Part shown: positions 19,794 to 25,662 of the stretch, in pieces
How positions within the stretch are numbered: the first letter of the stretch is position 1
Layout: every line of letters starts with the position of its first letter
DNA from: a bacterium
Lineage (GTDB): Bacteria > Hinthialibacterota > Hinthialibacteria > Hinthialibacterales > Hinthialibacteraceae
DNA: 25,662 bases
Assembly: GCA_963663405.2 (NCBI GenBank)
Contig: CAXXSM010000024.1
Coordinates: forward strand, 1-25,662
Direction: 5' to 3'
Notes under the pieces: model-generated
Told to the model about the DNA's origin: nothing
Database searches by the model: none
Seen by the model: only the letters and a program-made list of their open reading frames with translations
Program-made: the position numbers and the translations under genes

Positions 19794-20456
19794 TCATGCG
19801 CCCATAGGCAAATTTTCAGGTTTCGGCTGCAACAACCACCCCTTCTGAAAACCTTCTTCACTCTCCCGCGCCATCAAGTACTCAATCCGCCAAGCGCAGT
19901 TCTCATTCCTCGCGCGGTAAATCACATCATGAGGAACGTTCATCTGCACCAACATATCCGGTTCAATCCCCGCCAGCAAAGCGAGTAAAATACGATTGAT
20001 CGCGAAATGGGCCACAATCAAAAGCGGCTCATCATCTAAAACGCGCTCGATCCGATCCACGATCTTCTGCGCTCGTGGAACCGCGTCCTTATTCGACTCC
20101 CCATTGGGAGGACGATAATTCCATTTATCCGCCTGCCGCGCTTCCCACTGATTGGGATAGAGACGATCCAGTTCCGGCAGCGTGTTCCCTTCAAAATCAC
20201 CAAAAGAGACTTCGCGCAGATAATCATCCGTCTCGATTTCAATCCCAGTCACTTCTTGAATGATTCCAGCGGTCTGCCGGGCGCGTCCAAGAGGACTGAC
20301 CCAGGCGGTTTTCAATCCAAACGGTTTCAACGCTTCCGCGACAATCCGGCCCTGTTCCAAGCCGGTTTCCGAAAGAGGCGAATCAATCCACCCTTGCAGA
20401 CGTTTTTCGCGGTTGAATTCTGTCTCTCCATGCCGAACAAAAAAAACCGTTTTCAT
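19794..20456 (-). CDS. Histidine phosphatase family protein (phosphoglycerate mutase/CobC-like)
   Basis: FVRHGET, SPLGRARQTA, LREVSFGDFEG, PPNGES, LIVAH. Confidence 0.93.
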   Translation of the reverse strand: MKTVFFVRHGETEFNREKRLQGWIDSPLSETGLEQGRIVAEALKPFGLKTAWVSPLGRARQTAGIIQEVTGIEIETDDYLREVSFGDFEGNTLPELDRLYPNQWEARQADKWNYRPPNGESNKDAVPRAQKIVDRIERVLDDEPLLIVAHFAINRILLALLAGIEPDMLVQMNVPHDVIYRARNENCAWRIEYLMARESEEGFQKGWLLQPKPENLPMGA

Positions 20457-20469
20457 TTAAACTACCATG

Positions 20470-20540
20470 ATTGAGTTAACGTAGGGTGGGCTAAATGACG
20501 GCGCTCGCGCCGGAGCCTTAAGCGAAGCGTAGCCCACCTT
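20470..20540. repeat. GTAG-type REP-like element, copy 1
   Basis: GTAGGGTGGGCT...AGCCCACC with inner CGGCGCTCGCGCCG; 71-bp direct repeat of 20723-20793 with 6 mismatches. Confidence 0.9.
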
Positions 20541-20589
20541 CGCCACGCAGGATAGATCACACATGATTGGCCCACCGAAACAAACAATG

Positions 20590-20727
20590 AAAAAGGCCCA
20601 ATCCCTGGAGATTGAGCCGGATAGACTATAGTAAACACGTCCCATTGAATGGGAAACGTGAGTACGTATCAAATTGGCTTCAATCTCGGCAGGATTTACC
20701 CATTTGGAACCTGCTGTCTTCAATTGA
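20590..20727 (-). promoter_or_regulatory. Ribosomal protein L10 leader with antiterminator/terminator switch
   Basis: Minus strand TCAATT-GAAGACAGCAGG...TAAATCCTGCC-GA-GATTGA fits the L10-leader pattern as I recall it. Terminator GGCTCAATC-TCCAGG-GATTGGGCC-TTTTT at 20618-20590; its 5' arm can instead pair with GAGATTGAAGCC (20687-20676). Confidence 0.85.
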
Positions 20728-20793
20728 GTTAATGTAGGGTGGGCTAAATACCGGCGCTCGCGCCGGAGCCTTTAGCGGAGCGCAGCCCACCTT
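20723..20793. repeat. GTAG-type REP-like element, copy 2
   Basis: Direct repeat of 20470-20540, 253 bp away, just downstream of the rplA stop. Confidence 0.9.
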
Positions 20794-20819
20794 AGTACCA
20801 AGCCCGCCTTCGCCCTAAC

Positions 20820-21530
20820 TTACGCGGCGCGCGCGATCTCCCGGACGTCCGCTGGATCGATTTTAATCCCAACCCCCATCGCGGAACAAATATAAATCCC
20901 CTTCAGATATGTTCCTTTGGCGGCGGTGGGTTTGGCCCGGATCAACGCGTTCATAACGGTTCTAATATTATCCATTAGTTGACTCGCTGAAAATGAGGCC
21001 TTCCCAACGGGAACATGGACCCCACCGGCTTTATCGGCGCGATATTCAATCCGGCCCGCTTTGAACTCAGTTACGGCTTTGGCGATATCCGTGGTTACCG
21101 TTCCGGTTTTCGGGTTGGGCATCAGCCCTCTGGGTCCCAAAACCTTTCCCAATTTACCGACGTGCCGCATCATGCTGGGATGCGCGATGGCGATATCGAA
21201 ATCAAGAAAACCTTTGGTGATTTCTTCCGCCAAATCCTCGCTGCCGACTTTATCCGCTCCGGCTTCCGCCGCTTCCGTCGCCGCAGGCCCCTCCGCGAAG
21301 ACAACGACGCGGACGGTTTTACCCGTGCCATGTGGAAGAGAGACCGTGCCACGGACCTGCTGATCCGCTTTTTTCGGATCGATACCCAAGTTGGCGATCA
21401 GTTCTATGGTTTCATCAAACTTGGCCGTGGCGGTTTGCTTGACCAATTCGATTCCTTCACCGAGAGTGTACGCTTTCTCCCGGTCGATTAATCCAACGGC
21501 CTGTTCGTAGCGTTTTCCCCGTTTCGACAT
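20820..21530 (-). CDS. rplA: 50S ribosomal protein L1
   Basis: [40 protein letters not shown]. Confidence 0.99.
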   Translation of the reverse strand: MSKRGKRYEQAVGLIDREKAYTLGEGIELVKQTATAKFDETIELIANLGIDPKKADQQVRGTVSLPHGTGKTVRVVVFAEGPAATEAAEAGADKVGSEDLAEEITKGFLDFDIAIAHPSMMRHVGKLGKVLGPRGLMPNPKTGTVTTDIAKAVTEFKAGRIEYRADKAGGVHVPVGKASFSASQLMDNIRTVMNALIRAKPTAAKGTYLKGIYICSAMGVGIKIDPADVREIARAA

Positions 21531-21532
21531 GG

Positions 21533-21958
21533 TTACTTCACCTCAATTCCCATGGAACGCGCCGTGCCGGCGATCATGCTTGCGGCGTGCTCCAGGTTAT
21601 TCGCGTTCAGGTCGCTCATTTTGATATTCGCGATTTCCTCGACTTGGGCGTGTGTCACCGATCCCACTTTATCGCGCTGCGGAACACCCGAACCTTTGGC
21701 GATCTTGGCCGCTTTTTTCAACAAGATGGCGGCCGGTGGGGTTTTCGTGATAAACGAAAATGAACGATCCTGATAAACCGTAATAATGACGGGAATAATC
21801 ATCCCCGTCTCTTTTTTCGTCCGGTCATTGAATTGTTTACAGAAATCCATAATGTTGATCCCGTGCTGACCCAAGGCGGGGCCGACCGGAGGCGCCGGAT
21901 TCGCTTGTCCAGCGGGACACTGCAACTTGACCTGTGCGAGTACACGTTTGGGAGGCAT
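21533..21958 (-). CDS. rplK: 50S ribosomal protein L11
   Basis: [38 protein letters not shown]. Confidence 0.99.
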   Translation of the reverse strand: MPPKRVLAQVKLQCPAGQANPAPPVGPALGQHGINIMDFCKQFNDRTKKETGMIIPVIITVYQDRSFSFITKTPPAAILLKKAAKIAKGSGVPQRDKVGSVTHAQVEEIANIKMSDLNANNLEHAASMIAGTARSMGIEVK

Positions 21959-22063
21959 ACTTAAATCTCCTTACTTAAAGTACTTCCATACGCCTGATTA
22001 AAAGTGTCTATAAAAAAACCGGATGGTTCGAATGATTCGCGGGCCCGCCCGTTTGGGCGTCCG

Positions 22064-22594
22064 TTATACTTTTTCTACTTTCAGGAAATCCAATTCCACC
22101 GGTGTTGAACGGCCCAGAATATCCACCATGACTTTCAACCGGCCTCGTTCTTCATCGATATTCGCGACGTAACCGGTAAAATTGTAAAACGGCCCTTCAA
22201 TCACTTTGACCGTTTCCCCAACCTCAAAGACAATCTTCGGACGAGGCTTATCCTCAGTCGCGTTCATTTGATTGAGAATCCCGTTGACTTCCTCCTCCGA
22301 CAGCGGAATCGGGATCCGTCCCGTTCCCAAAAAACCGGTCACACCGGGAATATTTTTGATTAAACTCCACGTGTCATCATCATATTCCAACTCAATGACG
22401 ACATAATTCGGAAACATTTTCTGCGTGGAAATCGAACGTTTCCCGTCTCGAATTTCAACCACTTCCTCGGTCGGTATCAAGATTTGAGATATACGATCAC
22501 CCAACCCCTCCGCTTTGACGGCGGATTCGATGTTCTCTTTTACTTTATTCTCATAACCAGCGTGAGTATGGAGCACATACCATTTCTTCGCCAT
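22064..22594 (-). CDS. nusG: Transcription termination/antitermination factor NusG
   Basis: KWYVLHTHAGYENKVK, PGVTGFLG, KOW region VIEGPF, GRSTPVELDF. Confidence 0.99.
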   Translation of the reverse strand: MAKKWYVLHTHAGYENKVKENIESAVKAEGLGDRISQILIPTEEVVEIRDGKRSISTQKMFPNYVVIELEYDDDTWSLIKNIPGVTGFLGTGRIPIPLSEEEVNGILNQMNATEDKPRPKIVFEVGETVKVIEGPFYNFTGYVANIDEERGRLKVMVDILGRSTPVELDFLKVEKV

Positions 22595-22611
22595 AATACC
22601 TCAGCCGTTCT

Positions 22612-22860
22612 CTACCGCAAAATACTAAAAAACCAACCCCGGACTACCTTCATGATAAAATCCCACAGGCCGCTATAAATAGAGAAGACGACAACAGTAA
22701 TCAACACAACAATCGTCGAGTTATAGACTTCCTGCTTGGTCGGCCATGTGACCGCGTCCAATTCCGACAATACGCCATATACAAAATCGCCGACTTTCGT
22801 TTTTACAAAGCGCGATCCCTTTAACGATTCGATAATTCGTTTAAGTAGGCTTTCACCCAT
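22612..22860 (-). CDS. secE: Preprotein translocase subunit SecE
   Basis: ELDAVTWPTKQE followed by one TM helix; directly upstream of nusG; ATG 22860 follows GAGGT. Confidence 0.92.
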   Translation of the reverse strand: MGESLLKRIIESLKGSRFVKTKVGDFVYGVLSELDAVTWPTKQEVYNSTIVVLITVVVFSIYSGLWDFIMKVVRGWFFSILR

Positions 22861-22969
22861 TGGCTTAGACCTCAAGTCCTCGCTACTAAATTAATTACTA
22901 AAAGAAAGAGTCACGAATTTGACTCCAAACACACAAAAAAATAAACCCCGGTTCTGGGGCATTCCTAAT

Positions 22970-22998
22970 AATCTAGCCATAACCGGTAGTGGAGTCAA
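22970..22998 (-). promoter_or_regulatory. Putative sigma70 promoter for secE-nusG-rplK-rplA
   Basis: Minus strand TTGACT (22998-22993), 17-bp spacer, TAGATT (22975-22970). Confidence 0.65.
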
Positions 22999-23116
22999 TC
23001 CCCATTTGACGAGTTTTTCGATCTTATACAATAAAAAAGGCGATTCCTATATTAGCGTAGCGTAAGAGAAAAACAAATCCCTAATAGACTGAAACGTAAT
23101 ATCCTCCTTTTTAGAA

Positions 23117-23362
23117 AATTGATATTACGCGGATTCCAATGGCAATCGTTTCATTTGAGGAGAAACAAAGACATAATTCTTTGTCTGAATCTGGATTTCC
23201 TGGATGATCAAGATTTTCAGGATGCGAATCATTAGAGTGGAATCCGTCAGTGGATGGAAAAATCCATGAATAAAATAAAAAAATCCTGGCCATCCTTTAA
23301 TCTTGGCCATCTTGATTCAGACAAAAAACAATCTCTATGGGTTGATTTGCGTAACATCAGTT
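23117..23362. mobile_element. Nested inverted-repeat (MITE-like) non-coding element
   Basis: Outer pair AATTGATATTACGC (23117-23130) / GCGTAACATCAGTT (23349-23362), 12 of 14 complementary. Inner arms 23180-23223 and 23283-23325 have perfectly complementary ends TTTGTCTGAATC/GATTCAGACAAA. Confidence 0.55.
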
Positions 23363-23477
23363 AGATAATTTAAGAATTCAAATCTGAACATCCTAATTTC
23401 CTATCAATATAACGCTCTCTATACGCTCCCCATTTCAGCGTCCAATTAGGAAACAAATGCTTTGACTATCTAAGTAA

Positions 23478-23603
23478 GATCATTTACAATACAAGAGTCT
23501 TTACAGCGCTGTCCAAAAAGTAGATCTCGATCATCTGCCGAATCTAAATAATGAAATCCCTTCCGATTCAAACAAAGCCTGCAAACCGGAGAAACCATGT
23601 TAA
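23478..23603 (+). pseudogene. Possible 3' remnant of an AbiEii-like nucleotidyltransferase gene
   Basis: Start-less frame reading ...AVQKVDLDHLPNLNNE...KPC* whose stop overlaps the next ATG. The family link is from memory only. Confidence 0.35.
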
Positions 23604-23896
23604 AACCATTACCCAAAACACCCGAACTAAAGGCTTTGTCACAACGGGTGATCTGGTTTGAAAAACCGGATGTTGCGCTAGCCGATCCCATTCGGCTGCT
23701 GGCGTACGCCATGACATATGGCGCCTATGAAGATATGAAAACATTACGTATCTATTTCAATGACGATGACTTACGCACTGCCCTCGACCAAGCGCCTCCC
23801 GGAATTATTGATGGGCGATCCTGGGCCTATTGGAATCTGATCTTAGGACGTTATCCCGCTCCCCCAATGCCTGTACGAACCTTTAAGACTCAATAG
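23597..23896 (+). CDS. Conserved hypothetical protein, probable partner of AbiEii-type nucleotidyltransferases
   Basis: GGAG SD; RVIWFEKP..ALADP..LLAYAMTYG..ED..APPGIIDGRSWAYW, a pattern I recall next to AbiEii/AbiGii-family genes. Confidence 0.75.
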   Translation: MLKPLPKTPELKALSQRVIWFEKPDVALADPIRLLAYAMTYGAYEDMKTLRIYFNDDDLRTALDQAPPGIIDGRSWAYWNLILGRYPAPPMPVRTFKTQ

Positions 23897-24333
23897 CTGT
23901 CTCCCATTTCCCGCCGGATTTCTATCGTATAGCGCGCCACATCAACTTCCGATGATTTTGCGCTATAGATTCCCAATGCCCCCGAATCAAAATGAATCGG
24001 CTCCCATCCGGTTTTTTCAACTAGACTATTAACTTGCTTATATTTGAACATCACTCTCGCTTGGATATCCGCTCTCTCCTCCCTGCGATTCCGGAAAACG
24101 GCTTCCACCATCACCCGGCCATCAGACGCCCGTCCGGTCGTCACACTTTCCACGGCAATCCAATCGCGTACTCCTTCCTCATAGAAGACGGCGGCGAAAA
24201 TATCCTGCGTGGATAGATCTTCCCGAACCGTTTCAACCGATGAACATCCCACCAATCCAAACAGAACAAATAAAAAAACATATTGCGTCCCAATCCGAAA
24301 TTTCTCTAGAATCATCCATTGTTTGAATTTCAT
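23890..24333 (-). CDS. YcfL/DUF1425-like lipoprotein
   Basis: Lipobox LVGC; short beta-rich domain with N...IQARVMF...TGWEPI...YTIEIR. Start may be a few codons downstream. Confidence 0.7.
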   Translation of the reverse strand: MKFKQWMILEKFRIGTQYVFLFVLFGLVGCSSVETVREDLSTQDIFAAVFYEEGVRDWIAVESVTTGRASDGRVMVEAVFRNRREERADIQARVMFKYKQVNSLVEKTGWEPIHFDSGALGIYSAKSSEVDVARYTIEIRREMGDSY

Positions 24334-24501
24334 TATGATTTTTTTTCTCTTTCATGAATTGCATGTTGACTTTCATTAAATTCTTATTGATAATCATAAA
24401 TATAGTAGAATCATGGATTCCTTGTAAATCGAATCTTTCAGATTTCCCTATGGTATCCATCATTCTACAAGAAGTTTATTACAACATAGGAGGTAAGATC
24501 A

Positions 24502-25509
24502 ATGAAAAAAGCAGTATTTGGCGCCTTTCTTCTACTAGGGCTTCCACTCTTCTGCCAAGCGCAATTCTTCAGCCCTGGCAATGTCATCTTCGCAGATCCA
24601 TTCTATTCACCCGACGGTCAAATCGTCGAGCTGCGTGTCGACTACGAGACCGATGAAGCGGAAATTATCAACGTAGTAAAATGGGAGGGCTTGCCCGAAG
24701 GCGCAAATCGCCGCCGGGCCTTAGGCTTGGATGTCGATCCCGCAGGGAATGTCTGGGTGGGAATTACAACGACCGGTGATGATGTTGAAGAATATCCAAC
24801 TGGTGTTGGCGAAGCGTTGCGAATCGAACCCAACGGGACACAAACCTTTTTCCCAACCGATTTGACCAAAGCAACTCATCTCGCCGCCATTGGCGTCAAC
24901 CAAGTTATCCTCAACAGCAATTTTGCGGATGATGAGAACTTGGCGCAACTCGTGGATGTGACCAGCGGAGAAGCGGTGCTGACCAGTTTCAATAAAACAG
25001 GACATGGGGAAGCCTTGAGAATACCCGACGGCCGCATTCTCATGGGTGACAATGGCGTGGCGGGTATTCAAGTCTATGACATCGCCGGTGGCGATCCAAC
25101 GGGTGTCTTCTATGACGATGGCCGCACCGTTCGTTCTCTCACCTATAACGATGAGATCGGCGCAGTGATCGCGTTATTGCAGGATCAAGGCACTCTTTTG
25201 CGAATCAGTCTGGATGGAGTCCTGGAAGAAGAATACGACTCCGGATCAGAAGGGTTTGGTAATTTATGGGGAATCGCGCAGATCCCCGGCACGACGAATA
25301 TCATAATGGGGAACCACGATGTCGCAGATTCTTACAACGAGATGGTGATCTACAACGCGGTGGATTTCTGGGATGAACCTCATTTCATCACCATCACATC
25401 CGGCTTTGAAAACGCCGGTCTCGCCGCCGATTTTAAATTCCGTTCCTTCTTCAACATGGCGGTCGTTCCAGAAGAAACCGTCAATATTCAAACCTGGGAA
25501 CTGTTCTAA
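24502..25509 (+). CDS. Secreted beta-propeller-like protein with C-terminal WELF tail
   Basis: AGGAGG SD, signal peptide ending CQA, blade-like motifs GLDVDPAGNVWVG and PDGRILMG, acidic composition. Confidence 0.8.
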   Translation: MKKAVFGAFLLLGLPLFCQAQFFSPGNVIFADPFYSPDGQIVELRVDYETDEAEIINVVKWEGLPEGANRRRALGLDVDPAGNVWVGITTTGDDVEEYPTGVGEALRIEPNGTQTFFPTDLTKATHLAAIGVNQVILNSNFADDENLAQLVDVTSGEAVLTSFNKTGHGEALRIPDGRILMGDNGVAGIQVYDIAGGDPTGVFYDDGRTVRSLTYNDEIGAVIALLQDQGTLLRISLDGVLEEEYDSGSEGFGNLWGIAQIPGTTNIIMGNHDVADSYNEMVIYNAVDFWDEPHFITITSGFENAGLAADFKFRSFFNMAVVPEETVNIQTWELF

Positions 25510-25534
25510 TCCATTCTATTCTTAAATCGAATGG

Positions 25535-25569
25535 AAAGGGGGCGCATACAATCGCGCCCCCTTTTCTTT
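25535..25569 (+). terminator. Intrinsic terminator
   Basis: AAAGGGGGCGC-ATACAATC-GCGCCCCCTTT followed by TCTTT. Confidence 0.85.
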
Positions 25570-25662
25570 ACACGCCAAGTAAGCAATTATTCTACATAGA
25601 TATTGTAATCATGAGTTTTTCATTTACTTTTTTTGTCACTTCCATTAAACGCATATTGACAT

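Noticed and set aside
8541-20456. cobA, the B12 radical SAM and the CobC-like phosphatase as a cobalamin pathway cluster
   Set aside because: The genes are far apart, separated by unrelated genes, and the phosphatase cannot be assigned to CobC from motifs alone.
20457-20723. 88-aa ORF between rplA and the phosphatase
   Set aside because: It runs through the L10 leader, its terminator and a REP element, which explain the sequence as non-coding.
22919-22998. Long nested pairing TTGACTCCA/TGGAGTCAA as a structured ncRNA or tRNA remnant
   Set aside because: No tRNA D- or T-arm motifs. One arm coincides with the predicted -35 and spacer and would not be transcribed from that promoter.
23111-23310. 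60-61 aa ORFs with periodic HPxNxD pattern
   Set aside because: They are translations of the periodic repeat arms, with no independent coding evidence.

Overview
Bacterial chromosomal window, mostly mid-GC with a clearly AT-rich left end (about 1-1930). Left to right: a truncated secreted WD40-like gene and a secreted hypothetical in the AT-rich part; MarR regulator; large secreted GH2-like glycosidase; HD-GYP protein with an HD-to-AD change; HEXXH metallopeptidase; CobA/HemD fusion; REC+HD-GYP response regulator; Tat-exported TIM-barrel sugar isomerase; three-module secreted protein ending in a GH29 fucosidase; B12-binding radical SAM flanked by two palindromic tandem arrays; a rearranged secE-nusG-rplK-rplA-rplJ-rplL cluster; a small conserved hypothetical; a YcfL-like lipoprotein; and a secreted propeller-like protein ending in WELF. 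The most notable observation is an apparently intact L10-leader attenuator, sandwiched between two REP-like repeats, that now sits upstream of a histidine-phosphatase gene inserted between it and rplJ. Also notable is a family of modular, nested palindromic repeats that marks the breaks in the ribosomal cluster and has co-duplicated neighbouring host sequence. All calls come from reading the sequence; no searches were run.
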